Shown here: piece after piece, positions 48,284 through 58,191 of the stretch
How positions within the stretch are numbered: position 1 is the stretch's first letter
How the letters are laid out: every line of letters begins with the position of its first letter
Assembly (NCBI GenBank): GCA_022844165.1
Contig: JALHMH010000003.1
Span: forward strand, 132,269-196,268
DNA length: 64,000 bases
Source: Lysobacterales bacterium
GTDB taxonomy: Bacteria; Pseudomonadota; Gammaproteobacteria; Xanthomonadales; SZUA-5
Direction: 5' to 3'
Position numbers and translations under genes: made by a program
Notes under the pieces: model-generated
Told to the model about the DNA's origin: nothing
Databases searched by the model: none
What the model saw: only the letters and a program-made list of their open reading frames with translations

Positions 48284-48305
48284 TTCTCGTCCGCCCCGCG
48301 CCGCA

Positions 48306-49367
48306 TCACAACACCCCCTTGGTACTCGGCACCGCGTCCCCGCTGCGCCGCGTCGCCACGCGCAGCGTACGCGCGAGCACCTTGAAGCAGGCCTCGACCA
48401 TGTGATGCGCGTTGTCGCCGCGAACGGTCAGATGCAGATTGGCGCCGAGCGTTTCGCACAGCGAGCGGAAAAAGTGCGGCACCAATTCGGTTGGCAGCTC
48501 ACCAACGCGCTCGCGCGGGAACGTGCCGTCGAACACAAAGTATGGACGTCCCGATAAATCGAGCGCTGCGCTGGCCAGGGTTTCGTCCATCGGCAGCGTG
48601 AACGCATAACGCTCGATACCACGTTTGTCGCCGAGCGCAGATTTGAGCGCCTGTCCCAACGCGAGCGCGCTGTCTTCGACCGTGTGGTGCTCGTCGATGT
48701 GTAAATCGCCCTTGCAGCTGAGCGCCAGTTTAAAGCCACCATGGCGCCCGATTTGCTCGAGCATATGGTCGAAAAACCCCAGGCCGGTCTGGACTTCCGG
48801 CAGTGCTTCGCGATCCAGATCGATCTCGACGCGAACGCGCGTTTCCTTGGTGTTGCGCTCAATCACTGCAACCCGCGGCGCATTCAGCAGGCGGTGCGCA
48901 ATTTCGGGCCAAGGCAATCCCTCCGTGCCGCAGCGTATGCCGGTCACGCCCATGTTCTTTGCGAATTCCAGATCCGTCAGGCGATCGCCCACCATCGCGC
49001 TGCATTTCCGATCCCAGCCAGGATCGGCCAGATAGTCGAGCATCATCCCGACCTTGGGTTTGCGCGTATCAGAGGGTTGATGCGCAAAATGCCGATCGAT
49101 GCGTTCGCTGGCGAAGGTGATCCCTTGCGAGCGCAGTACATCAAGCATCAGGTTGTGCGCGGGCCAAAAAGTGTCTTCGGGAAAGCTCTCGGTACCAAGA
49201 CCGTCCTGATTGCTCACGAGCACCAGCTCATACCCGGCATCGACGATGCGCTTGAGCGCCGGGATGACCTGTGGCAGAAACTTCAGCTTCTCGATGGCGT
49301 CGATCTGCTGATCCGGTGGTTCTTCGATCAGACAACCGTCGCGGTCGATGAAAAGGATTTTGCGCAT
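48306..49367 (-). CDS. hisB: Bifunctional histidinol-phosphatase/imidazoleglycerol-phosphate dehydratase
   Basis: N-terminal HAD motif [15 protein letters not shown]-terminal IGPD blocks GFFDHML..HGGF and [19 protein letters not shown]. Confidence 0.92.
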   Translation of the reverse strand: MRKILFIDRDGCLIEEPPDQQIDAIEKLKFLPQVIPALKRIVDAGYELVLVSNQDGLGTESFPEDTFWPAHNLMLDVLRSQGITFASERIDRHFAHQPSDTRKPKVGMMLDYLADPGWDRKCSAMVGDRLTDLEFAKNMGVTGIRCGTEGLPWPEIAHRLLNAPRVAVIERNTKETRVRVEIDLDREALPEVQTGLGFFDHMLEQIGRHGGFKLALSCKGDLHIDEHHTVEDSALALGQALKSALGDKRGIERYAFTLPMDETLASAALDLSGRPYFVFDGTFPRERVGELPTELVPHFFRSLCETLGANLHLTVRGDNAHHMVEACFKVLARTLRVATRRSGDAVPSTKGVL

Positions 49368-49451
49368 GGATTTCTCTTGCCTCTTTCTCCGTCGCTATCG
49401 CGCGACGCCTTTGTCTGTTCCCGCAAGCCTCCAGCGCCGGCGGCAACGGCC

Positions 49452-50516
49452 TCACGCCAGCACGCGACCCACTGCTTCCAGAAACTGATCGTTTTCGACA
49501 GGCGATCCGATCGTCACCCGCAAGCCGCCAGCGAGCTTCAAATAGTGCGATACGTCGCGGATCAGTACGCCCTGATCGGCCAGTTGATTCCAGATCGACC
49601 TCGCGTCATCCACCTGGAATGCCAGGAAGTTGGCGCGACTGGGCCATACGCGGCGTATGTCGCGTATGCCCGTCAGTGCTCCGTAGACGCGCTCGCGTTC
49701 CTGCACGGTTGCAGCAATGCGCGCCTGATGCTCGTCGCGAACCGCGAGCGCCTTCAGTGCCGCATCGACGCAGGGCGTCGGCAGTGGATAAGGCGCCATG
49801 ATCCGGCGCACGAGGCCAATGATCTCCTCGTGTGCGATCAGCGTACCCAGGCGCGCGCCCGCTAAAGCGTATGCCTTCGACATCGTGCGCAGCACGCAGA
49901 CGTGCGGATAGCGATCGATCAGGCCCACGGCGCTCTCGCTTCCGGCGTATTCCAGATAGGCTTCGTCGACCACCACGAGCGCGCGACCGGCCAGCGCGGC
50001 TGCCAATCGTTCGATATCCGCAAGCGGCACCCGCGAACCCGTCGGATTGTTCGGGGTGCACACGTAAACCAGCTTCACCGGCGCTGCGAGCGCTGCGGTG
50101 ATCAGTCGGTCGACATTGAGGCGAAAGTCGGTATCCGCTGTCAGCGGCTCGCTGATGACGCTGGCGCCTTGCACGCCGGCTGCCACTGCGTACATCCCGA
50201 AGGTGGGCGGCGAGATCAGCACCGCGTCTTGCCCGGCGCGACAGAAGGCGCGCGTCAACAAATCGATGGCCTCATCGCTGCCGCGGCCGACGAACACGCA
50301 TTCGGGGCGGGTGCCGTATAGCGCTGCCAGTGTATCCATCAAGGAGCGCGGTTGCGGATCGGGATAGCGATTCAAGCCGAGCAGATCGCCGACAAAAGGC
50401 AACGTTGGCGACTCGTTGGCGTTCAACATCACACTCGCCCGGCCCGCCTCCAGGCGCGCCGAGCTGTAGGCTTTCAGCGTCAGCAGCTCGGGCCGTGCGA
50501 GCGCCAATACGCTCAC
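49452..50516 (-). CDS. hisC: Histidinol-phosphate aminotransferase
   Basis: The GTG at 50516 overlaps the hisD stop (GTGA) and gives [21 protein letters not shown]. Also LNANESP, the PLP lysine context [12 protein letters not shown], and VCTPNNPTG. The 617-aa ORF upstream part is out-of-frame read-through across hisD. Confidence 0.9.
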   Translation of the reverse strand: MSVLALARPELLTLKAYSSARLEAGRASVMLNANESPTLPFVGDLLGLNRYPDPQPRSLMDTLAALYGTRPECVFVGRGSDEAIDLLTRAFCRAGQDAVLISPPTFGMYAVAAGVQGASVISEPLTADTDFRLNVDRLITAALAAPVKLVYVCTPNNPTGSRVPLADIERLAAALAGRALVVVDEAYLEYAGSESAVGLIDRYPHVCVLRTMSKAYALAGARLGTLIAHEEIIGLVRRIMAPYPLPTPCVDAALKALAVRDEHQARIAATVQERERVYGALTGIRDIRRVWPSRANFLAFQVDDARSIWNQLADQGVLIRDVSHYLKLAGGLRVTIGSPVENDQFLEAVGRVLA

Positions 50517-51826
50517 GGGCGACCTTCCTGTGCGATCGCCGTCAGGCGTACCTGAACGGCAAGCGCGTGTGCCTCCAGACCTTCCGCTTCGGCCAGCGTG
50601 ATGGCGGCGGGGCCTACGGCTCTGAGTCCCTCTGCGCTGGCCTCCTGTACGGTGACGAGCTTTTGAAAACTCTGCACCGATACGCCGCTCAGCGTGCGCG
50701 CATGCCCGTTGGTTGGCAGCACGTGATTGGTGCCGCTGGTGTAGTCGCCAAGCGACTCGGGTGTGTAGCGGCCCAAGAACACTGACCCGGCGTTTTCGAC
50801 ATTCAACAGCAGGCGCCGTGGATCGGCGACATTCAAGATCAGATGTTCCGGCGCGTAGTCGTTGGCGATGGCTACCGCCTCTTCCAGCGAATCGACGCAG
50901 ATCGAGCGGCTGTGGCGCAGCGCCTGACGGGCAATATCGGCGCGCGGCAGGGTTTCGAGCAAATCGTCGATCGCTTCGACCACGCTGTCGGCCAGTTCGC
51001 CACACGGGCTGAGCAACAGCACCTGCGAATCCGCGCCATGTTCGGCCTGGCTGAGCAGATCGGCAGCGACAAAGCGTGCGTTTGCGGTGTTGTCGGCGAT
51101 GACCAACACCTCCGAGGGTCCGGCCGGCATATCGATCGCGGCACCAAAACTCTGCTGCGAGACCTGCAGTTTGGCCTCCGTGACGTAGCTGTTGCCGGGC
51201 CCAAATATCTTCGCCACCCTGGGTACGCTCGCCGTGCCATAGGCCATCGCCGCAATCGCCTGCACGCCGCCGAGTTTGTAGATCTCGCGGATGCCGCACG
51301 ACCATGCCGCATACAACACCGCCGGATCGATGCTGCCGTCCTTACGCGGCGGCGAACACAAGGCGACACGTCTGCACCCAGCCAGGCGCGCGGGTACGCA
51401 CAACATCAAAGCGGTCGACGGCAATGGCGCTGTGCCTGCGGGCACATACAGGCCGACGGCGGATATGGGCAGCGGCAGGCGCTCGCACATCAATCCTGGC
51501 GCCGTCGACAAGGCAATGGGGTGGGGGCGCGTTTCGCGGTGGAAGCGCTCGATGCGGATGCGTGATTCGTCGATTGCCTGCTTGAGTGCGCCGGGCAGCG
51601 CCGCTTCCGCAGCTGCGAACTCCGCGTCGTCGACGCGGAACGCACCGATCTCGACACCATCGAAGCGTCGCGTCAACGCACGCAGCGTGGAATCGCCATC
51701 GCTGCGGACCTGCGCCAGCAATCGTGCCACTTGTTCCTTGAGATCGGCGCTGGACAGGCCTTCTGGGCGGGCAAGGGCTTGCGCACGCTCTGCGGCGTTC
51801 AAGGTAGACCAGGTCAGGCGTTTCAT
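50513..51826 (-). CDS. hisD: Histidinol dehydrogenase
   Basis: 437 aa. [43 protein letters not shown] are canonical HisD blocks. Confidence 0.93.
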   Translation of the reverse strand: MKRLTWSTLNAAERAQALARPEGLSSADLKEQVARLLAQVRSDGDSTLRALTRRFDGVEIGAFRVDDAEFAAAEAALPGALKQAIDESRIRIERFHRETRPHPIALSTAPGLMCERLPLPISAVGLYVPAGTAPLPSTALMLCVPARLAGCRRVALCSPPRKDGSIDPAVLYAAWSCGIREIYKLGGVQAIAAMAYGTASVPRVAKIFGPGNSYVTEAKLQVSQQSFGAAIDMPAGPSEVLVIADNTANARFVAADLLSQAEHGADSQVLLLSPCGELADSVVEAIDDLLETLPRADIARQALRHSRSICVDSLEEAVAIANDYAPEHLILNVADPRRLLLNVENAGSVFLGRYTPESLGDYTSGTNHVLPTNGHARTLSGVSVQSFQKLVTVQEASAEGLRAVGPAAITLAEAEGLEAHALAVQVRLTAIAQEGRP

Positions 51827-52710
51827 GACAGCAGGCTCTCCACAGGCAATACCATTAACTGGCTGGCGCCGCCCTTTTTCAGTGCTTCCAGGTGTGTCCA
51901 GGTCACTGCCTCATGGCACAGCGCCTGCACCGTAATGCCACCCTGTCGCGCCAGCACATTCGGCGTCGCGCCGCGTGGCAACAGCGGGAGTAGCGCAGCA
52001 AGATCGCTCTGCGCTGCGTTCAGTATCAGGAGCTTCGATTCGCGTACACGAATCACGCCATCGATACGCCGCAGCAGCAGCTCGGCGTATTCGGCGCGTT
52101 CATCGAGCGGTGTGGCGCTACCGATCAACACCGCCTGACTGTCGAGAATCGAAGCGACCTCGCGCAGCTGGTTGGCGATCAGTGTGGCGCCCGACGACAC
52201 CAGGTCGCAGATCGCATCGGCCGTTCCCAGGCGTGGCGCGATTTCCACCGAGCCGTTCAGCACAACCACGTCCGCTGCCACCTCATGGCGTTTCAAGTAG
52301 TCCCCGAGCAAGTGCGGGTAACTGGTTGCGATGCGCAATCCGGCGAGCGACTGCGGGCCGTCGAAAGTATCTTCGTTGGGGACAGCGATCGACAGACGAC
52401 AGCGCCCAAAGCCCAGCTCGCGAAGTTCCACGAATCCTGCGGTGCCGGTCGTTTGTGCTTCGATACGGCGCTCCTGTGCGACGTTGCGGCCAACGATGCC
52501 CATCTCACAAACGCCCTGCGCGATCAACCCCGGAATATCGTCGTCGCGCACCAGTAACAGATCAATCGGCAAGGTCTCGCCGAAGCAAAAGAGCTTGTCG
52601 CGACTCTGGCGGAACTTGAGTCCGCAGCGTTGCAGCAAGTCTTGCGACGACTCCGACAGTCGCCCGGATTTTTGCACTGCGATGCGCAGGCGATCGCGTG
52701 GTTTGCTCAT
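51823..52710 (-). CDS. hisG: ATP phosphoribosyltransferase (long form)
   Basis: The internal ATG 52710 gives [20 protein letters not shown]. Also [21 protein letters not shown], and a C-terminal regulatory domain. The ORF upstream extension overlaps the yerC-like gene region. Confidence 0.9.
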   Translation of the reverse strand: MSKPRDRLRIAVQKSGRLSESSQDLLQRCGLKFRQSRDKLFCFGETLPIDLLLVRDDDIPGLIAQGVCEMGIVGRNVAQERRIEAQTTGTAGFVELRELGFGRCRLSIAVPNEDTFDGPQSLAGLRIATSYPHLLGDYLKRHEVAADVVVLNGSVEIAPRLGTADAICDLVSSGATLIANQLREVASILDSQAVLIGSATPLDERAEYAELLLRRIDGVIRVRESKLLILNAAQSDLAALLPLLPRGATPNVLARQGGITVQALCHEAVTWTHLEALKKGGASQLMVLPVESLLS

Positions 52711-52790
52711 GATGTTGTCCTTCGTGGCTACGCCGCCGTAACGCGCCGCAACCTGGGGTGTGGTGATGGTGGCCGCTACCGCCGCGGAAC

Positions 52791-53111
52791 TCAGGCCGGC
52801 TTCCGTTTTCGGCGCAGCCGCTCGCTCGCCAGTTGGTAACCGCTGTGATCCGCTGTGAGGCAACGCGCCACGCGCCCGATGGTGGTTACGCTCACTGCCG
52901 TCAGATCGTGAATGTCGCGGTACGGCACGCCCTCGACCAGATACGGCACCACCGACCACCGATCGGCCAGCGCTTCGAGTTCGGCGGGGGTCGTCAGATC
53001 CTTCAAAAAAGCATGCATCTCATCCACCGAACGCAACGTCAACAGCGCTTCGCACAGCGCCGCTTCTGCATGCGACCTGGATGCCACCGGAGCCACGAAT
53101 CGACGCTTCAT
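52791..53111 (-). CDS. TrpR-related YerC/YecD family protein
   Basis: From ATG 53111, 106 aa. The blocks FLKDLTTPAELEALADRW and GVPYRDIHDLTAVSVTTIGRVARCL match the YerC/YecD (Trp-repressor-like) pattern. It sits directly upstream of hisG. Confidence 0.75.
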   Translation of the reverse strand: MKRRFVAPVASRSHAEAALCEALLTLRSVDEMHAFLKDLTTPAELEALADRWSVVPYLVEGVPYRDIHDLTAVSVTTIGRVARCLTADHSGYQLASERLRRKRKPA

Positions 53112-53409
53112 AGTGTAATAGCGCGTTAATACATTGGCGCGGACCATAGACGAGCGCCAGAGAGCCGTCAAGCGAACCGCGCAATCTGACCCGCATACTT
53201 CACGAGGTCGCGAGGAAATGGTTGATTTCGTAGCAACGGCGAGGAATTCTCGACGTTGATCGATACGACGGGCTGTACGCTGCCATTTCTTCGCTCAGGC
53301 GGCTGCGCTCCCAGCTTCGCTCCTCCGGCCAACGTATCCATGCGTCGCGATTGCGGATGCGCGAGGGCAATTCGCAGCCGTACGCGGCGTGAAGGTCCCG
53401 CATTGAATC

Positions 53410-54156
53410 TCAGAGAGTCACGAGCGCCTGGCGCAGGATGGCGACCGCTCGCGCCATACCGATCTTCAGCGTGCGCTCGATGTCTTCCATCGTGATCTCC
53501 GCTTCTGGCCCACGCCCGGCGGCCCAATTGGCGCTGACCGCAAGACTGGCGTAGTCGATATCCAGCTCGCGAGCGAGCGCCGCCTCCGGCATCGCGGTCA
53601 TGCCGACAACATCGCAACCGTCGCGATGCAGGCGCGCGATTTCGGCGCGGGTTTCCAGGCGCGGCCCCTGGGTGACCGCCATGACGCCGCCATCGTGCGC
53701 GCTCTCATGGCAGCGGCGCGCAGCGTCGAGCCAGATCTGGCGCAAACCTGGCGTGTAGGGCTCGGATAGATCAATGTGGCGGACCGCTTCGCCGTATTGA
53801 TCGCTAAAGCTGCTGACCCGGCTATGTGTGTAGTCGATGATCTGATCGCAGACCACGAGTGCGCCCGGAGGTGCGATGTTGGAAATGCCGCCGACGGCGT
53901 TAATCGACAGCAGCGAATGCACGCCGACCTGCTTTAGCGCCCACAAGTTGGCGCGATAATTGACACGATGCGGCGCAAGTCGATGCGGATCGCCGTGGCG
54001 CGCGACGAACACGACTTCCACACCATCGAGCTTGCCGCGTTTGAGTGGGCTGGTAGGTTCGCCGAAAGGGGTCGACCAGGGTTCATGGCGAACGTCGGTC
54101 AGATCGGGCAGGTGGTAAAGGCCGGTGCCGGCGATGACGCCAATCGGATTGCTCAT
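53410..54156 (-). CDS. MTAP-family nucleoside phosphorylase (methylthioadenosine/methylthioinosine phosphorylase)
   Basis: IGVIAGTGLY..FVARHG..H...P..VNYRANLWALKQVGV..LLSINAVGG and GMT..PEA.LAREL are typical of the MtnP/MTAP family. Confidence 0.85.
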   Translation of the reverse strand: MSNPIGVIAGTGLYHLPDLTDVRHEPWSTPFGEPTSPLKRGKLDGVEVVFVARHGDPHRLAPHRVNYRANLWALKQVGVHSLLSINAVGGISNIAPPGALVVCDQIIDYTHSRVSSFSDQYGEAVRHIDLSEPYTPGLRQIWLDAARRCHESAHDGGVMAVTQGPRLETRAEIARLHRDGCDVVGMTAMPEAALARELDIDYASLAVSANWAAGRGPEAEITMEDIERTLKIGMARAVAILRQALVTL

Positions 54157-54692
54157 ACGGCGTAGATTCCTCCCAGGTTGCGACCACGTTCGTGCATGTC
54201 CATTCCGCAGCCGAACACGTAGCGGTCGGGCACCTCAAGGCCGACAAAATCGGCGCGCAGCCCTGGCACGCAGCGGTCGTGAAGTTTGCGCGCCAATACG
54301 GCGATTCGAACACTCCTGGCGCCGCCGCGCGTAGCCATTTCAACCAAAGCCGCCAGCGTTTTACCTTCGTCGAGAATATCGTCGACGAACAGCACATCGC
54401 GCCCGGTGAATGGCTGGCGTGGTTTCGCTTTCAGTTCCATCCATGCGCCAGTGGTGGCGCCGCGATAACGCGTTGCGTGCAGATAATCGAAATCCAGATC
54501 CAGGTCGATGCGCGGCGCCAATTTCCCAGCAAGAATCAGCCCGCCGGTGAGCACACAGATGTAATGCGGCCGCATGCCACGCATCGCGACCGTGATCTCA
54601 TCGCCCATGCGCACAATGGCGCGATCGATCGATGCTTCGTCGTGGATCAGGTCGGCTCGTTTGAGAGCGGCTTCGAATTCGGCATCGGTCAT
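54153..54692 (-). CDS. hpt: Hypoxanthine/guanine phosphoribosyltransferase family protein
   Basis: PRPP-binding loop VLFVDDILDEGKTL and C-terminal VPDRYVFGCGMD. 179 aa. ATGA overlaps at both ends. Confidence 0.8.
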   Translation of the reverse strand: MTDAEFEAALKRADLIHDEASIDRAIVRMGDEITVAMRGMRPHYICVLTGGLILAGKLAPRIDLDLDFDYLHATRYRGATTGAWMELKAKPRQPFTGRDVLFVDDILDEGKTLAALVEMATRGGARSVRIAVLARKLHDRCVPGLRADFVGLEVPDRYVFGCGMDMHERGRNLGGIYAV

Positions 54693-55702
54693 AGGGGCGA
54701 CGACTCATCAAACAGATTGTGCAGCCTAGCGTTCCAATGTGACCACGTCGAGCGTGCGAGTTCCTTCCGCAGCCCCGCGCGTAAGTCACCGCGCAAGGCG
54801 CCGGCCAGTTTGCGGCTGACAGCAAAGCCACTCGACACAGACAGCGCGTCTTCGACAATCTCCGGGCTGCAAACCAGAACCAGGTCGCAGCCTGCGGTGC
54901 GGTGTGCGTCGAGCCGTAGTTTGATCGCACCGAGCGCCGCGCCGGCCAACATGCCGATGTCGTCGGAAATCACAATGCCGTTGAACCCGAGTGCGCTCCG
55001 GAGCGCCGTCTTGATCCAGAACGGCGAGTACCCTGCGGCCTCGGGCGCGACCTGCGGGTACTCGACGTGACCCATCATCACCGCGCGCGCTAAAGCCCCG
55101 GCCATCGCGAACGGCAGCACGTCCTCTTCGAAGATCGCCAGCGACGGGCGCTGATCGATGGCGCGATCGAAATGGGTATCGGCCAGCACGCTGCCATGCC
55201 CAGGAAAATGCTTGAGCGTGGCTGCCATGCCGGCGCGCTGCATCGCATCGACGTATACCGTCACCAGTTCAGCACAAATCGCCGGATTGGCATGAAACGC
55301 GCGATCGCCGATCGCCAGGTTGCCACGTAACAGGTCCGCGACCGGTGCGAAGCTCAAGTCGAGGCCGGCATCCAGTACCTCGGCGACCATGATCGTTGCG
55401 TGCAAGCGTGCCGCACGCCGTGCGGCCACAGGATTGCTGTCATACAGCGCGCCGATTCGCGCCAGCGATGGCAGTAGCGTGAACCCGGTCTTGAAACGCT
55501 GCACACGTCCGCCTTCCTGGTCGACCGCGATCAAGGTGTCGGGGCGCAGCGCACGGATGTCAGCACATAGTGCTCTGAGCTGTTGGCGGTCGGCGAAGTT
55601 GCGCGTGAACAGAATCACGCCCGCGACTGCCGGATGCGCGAGCCAGTGTCGTTCTTGCGGCGCAAGTTCAAGCCCGGCGAGGCCGATCATCAACGCGCTC
55701 AT
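54689..55702 (-). CDS. nagZ: Beta-N-acetylhexosaminidase (murein recycling)
   Basis: ATG 55702 overlaps the CYTH gene stop (ATGA). Blocks GVILFTRNF, IAVDQEGGRVQRF, KHFPGHG, and VISDDIGM are canonical GH3 NagZ. Confidence 0.88.
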   Translation of the reverse strand: MSALMIGLAGLELAPQERHWLAHPAVAGVILFTRNFADRQQLRALCADIRALRPDTLIAVDQEGGRVQRFKTGFTLLPSLARIGALYDSNPVAARRAARLHATIMVAEVLDAGLDLSFAPVADLLRGNLAIGDRAFHANPAICAELVTVYVDAMQRAGMAATLKHFPGHGSVLADTHFDRAIDQRPSLAIFEEDVLPFAMAGALARAVMMGHVEYPQVAPEAAGYSPFWIKTALRSALGFNGIVISDDIGMLAGAALGAIKLRLDAHRTAGCDLVLVCSPEIVEDALSVSSGFAVSRKLAGALRGDLRAGLRKELARSTWSHWNARLHNLFDESSPL

Positions 55703-56169
55703 CTGTGCCATCGCGTAAAAGGCAATTTCGCCAGGCGCACATTGTAGTAGCGCTCGTCGTTCGTCACCTCGATGCCGAGCCAATCCGGGCGAGGAAACTC
55801 CGCGTCCTCGTTGGGCAACTCCAACTCAGCGACGATCAAACCGGAGTTTTCGCCGTGAAATTCGTCAATCTCGAACACGAAGTTCGCCATGTTGATGTAA
55901 TGTCGAGTTTTACTCAACACCGGCCCATCGGCAAATTGCCTGATCATCTCGTGCGCCTCATCAACGGGGATGGCGTATTCGAACTCCAGCCGGGCCGCGC
56001 CGCGATCCAGGCTCTTCAGATTGAGCCATGCCGCCTCGCCCGCGATCCGCACTCGCGTCGAGCACCGTGTTCCGCCGAGATACGCCTGACTCATGTGTGC
56101 GCTACGTCCAACCAACGCACGCCAGCTGTCGTTGGCCAGCAAAAACTTACGTTCAATTTCGATGGGCAT
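55699..56169 (-). CDS. CYTH domain-containing protein (triphosphate tunnel metalloenzyme)
   Basis: The MPIEIERKFLL start carries the EXEXK signature of CYTH/CyaB-ThTPase. 156 aa. Confidence 0.8.
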   Translation of the reverse strand: MPIEIERKFLLANDSWRALVGRSAHMSQAYLGGTRCSTRVRIAGEAAWLNLKSLDRGAARLEFEYAIPVDEAHEMIRQFADGPVLSKTRHYINMANFVFEIDEFHGENSGLIVAELELPNEDAEFPRPDWLGIEVTNDERYYNVRLAKLPFTRWHR

Positions 56170-56256
56170 AACGCTCCCTGGAAGAGCACATTTTCGCAGC
56201 GCCGATTCAAGTATCGGCAGGTCCGGGCGCGGCGGCAGCCGTGCCCACTCCGGGCA

Positions 56257-57018
56257 TCAGCTGCGCAAGCCCACGCCCTGACGCAGCAGATGCAGGCAGA
56301 AGACGAATAACACCGCCGTCATGCCGATCATGATGGCAAACGCTACCCACAGATTGACATCAGACTCGCCCAATACGCCATAACGAAAGGCATTGACTGT
56401 GTACAAGATCGGATTGGCGAGCGAGACGTTCCGCCAAAATTCTGGAAGCAGATTGACGGAGTAAAAAACGCCTCCGAGATAGGTCAAAGGGGTGAGGATG
56501 AACGTCGGGATGATCGAAATATCGTCGAACTTCTTCGCGTAGACCGCGTTGACGAATCCGGCCAGTGAAAACAAAACAGCTGCGACGAAAACACTGAGCA
56601 GCATGATCCACGGATGTGCAATCGACAAGTCGGTGAATAGCAGCGATACGATCAGCACGATGCCGCCGACGAGCATGCCGCGCATCACGCCGCCGGCGAC
56701 ATAACCGGCCAGGATGATCCAGTTCGGTGTCGGCGACACCAACAGCTCTTCGACATAGCGGCCAAATTTGCTGCCAAAGAACGAGCTGACCACGTTGGCA
56801 TAGGCGTTCTGGATGACACTCATCATGACCAGGCCCGGCACGATGAAGTCCATATAGCGATGACCGCCCATCTCGCCGATGCGGCTACCCACGAGCTGGC
56901 CAAAAATCAAGAAGTACAGCGTCATGGTGATCGCCGGCGGTACCAGGGTTTGACCCCAGATGCGCAGAATGCGGTTAACTTCTTTGATGACGATGGTCTG
57001 GAATGCAATCAGCGACAT
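56257..57018 (-). CDS. yadH: ABC-2 type transporter permease (YadH-like)
   Basis: The internal ATG 57018 gives MSLIAFQTIVIKEVNRILRIWGQTL. 253 aa, six predicted TM segments, immediately downstream of the ATPase. Confidence 0.82.
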   Translation of the reverse strand: MSLIAFQTIVIKEVNRILRIWGQTLVPPAITMTLYFLIFGQLVGSRIGEMGGHRYMDFIVPGLVMMSVIQNAYANVVSSFFGSKFGRYVEELLVSPTPNWIILAGYVAGGVMRGMLVGGIVLIVSLLFTDLSIAHPWIMLLSVFVAAVLFSLAGFVNAVYAKKFDDISIIPTFILTPLTYLGGVFYSVNLLPEFWRNVSLANPILYTVNAFRYGVLGESDVNLWVAFAIMIGMTAVLFVFCLHLLRQGVGLRS

Positions 57019-57088
57019 GGGACAGATGCTCGGAGCGGAACAACAATCGTCAGCGAAACAACAATCTTGGGGTGCGACGGCGAGTACA

Positions 57089-58015
57089 TCAGGCTGCTCT
57101 ACCCTTGGCATCATCCAACAGATTCATGAACAGCTCTTCCAATCGGTTCGTCTTGTTGCGCATCGAGCGCACGCCGATGCCTGCTCCGCTGAGCGCGCCG
57201 AACAAAGCGTTGAGCTCAGTGCCGCGCGGCACTTCGATTTCAATCGTCAACTCGTCGATACGCGTGACCCGATAGCCGCCAAGTTCAGGCAACGTTTCAA
57301 TGGGTCGCGCCAGGTCGAAGATGAAGTGTTCCCGGTCTAGTTTGCCGAGCAGCTGTTTCATCCCGGTGTGCTCGATGATCGTACCGCGGTCGATAATGGC
57401 AATGTTCCGGCAGAGGTTTTCGGCCTCTTCAAGATAATGCGTCGTTAGTATCACGGTAGTGCCGGCACGGTTGATGTCTGTCAGGTAGGTCCACATCGAG
57501 CGGCGGATTTCAATATCCACGCCGGCCGTTGGCTCATCGAGAATCAGCAGGCGCGGCTCGTGCATCATCGCTCGCGCAATCATGAGCCGGCGCTTCATGC
57601 CACCCGAGAGCGTGCGCGACGCAACATCCTTCTTGTCCCAGAGGGTCAGCTGATTCAGGTACTGCTCGGCGCGGCGTTTGGCGAGTTCACGCGGTACGCC
57701 GTAATAACCGGCTTGGTTGACCAGGATTTCGAACGGCTTCTCGAACTGATTGAAGTTGAATTCCTGCGGGACCAGGCCGATGTGCGCCACGGCTGCCATA
57801 CGGTCGGTGACGACGCTTTTGCCGAAAATGCGCACGTCGCCAGAACTCGGGCGCACCAGCGAAGAGGCGATACCGATCAAGGTTGACTTGCCCGCGCCGT
57901 TCGGCCCGAGCAGCGCGAAGAAATCGCCTTGCGCCACGTCCAGCGAAATGCCTTTGAGCGCCTCGACACGATTGCCATAGGTCTTCTTCAGATGAGTTGC
58001 CGAAAGCGCGTGCAC
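57089..58015 (-). CDS. yadG: ABC transporter ATP-binding protein (YadG-like)
   Basis: Walker A GPNGAGKST, signature LSGGMKRRL, Walker B LLILDEPTAGVD. 308 aa with a C-terminal extension as in YadG. GTG start. Confidence 0.88.
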   Translation of the reverse strand: MHALSATHLKKTYGNRVEALKGISLDVAQGDFFALLGPNGAGKSTLIGIASSLVRPSSGDVRIFGKSVVTDRMAAVAHIGLVPQEFNFNQFEKPFEILVNQAGYYGVPRELAKRRAEQYLNQLTLWDKKDVASRTLSGGMKRRLMIARAMMHEPRLLILDEPTAGVDIEIRRSMWTYLTDINRAGTTVILTTHYLEEAENLCRNIAIIDRGTIIEHTGMKQLLGKLDREHFIFDLARPIETLPELGGYRVTRIDELTIEIEVPRGTELNALFGALSGAGIGVRSMRNKTNRLEELFMNLLDDAKGRAA

Positions 58016-58191
58016 TTGGGCTCAGGGTCGACTGCGAGGCGGCGCAGTATAGAGGCAGGTCGGCGCCCCGAAACCTTCGGTCCGCCGTTCCTGATTCGCA
58101 CTTCGGCGCTTTGCGACCGATGGCACCTGACAGCGAATGCCCTTTGCGCTAATGTCCGCGGTCATTTTTTGCACGTCGAAGGATTGCACCG

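Noticed and set aside
49452-51305. The 617-aa ORF, which could suggest a large fusion protein upstream of hisB.
   Set aside because: Its N-terminal 260 aa overlap hisD in another frame and are low complexity. The hisC homology begins at the GTG (50516) that overlaps the hisD stop.
52760-52771. Four consecutive His codons (CAC CAT CAC CAC on the minus strand) in the 80-nt gap just upstream of hisG, reminiscent of an enteric his attenuator leader peptide.
   Set aside because: Reading that frame upstream gives no ATG/GTG/TTG between the nearest in-frame stops (TGA..TGA..TAA inside the yerC-like gene) and the His run. Downstream it runs into hisG out of frame. With no start codon there is no leader peptide, so it is probably chance in GC-rich sequence.
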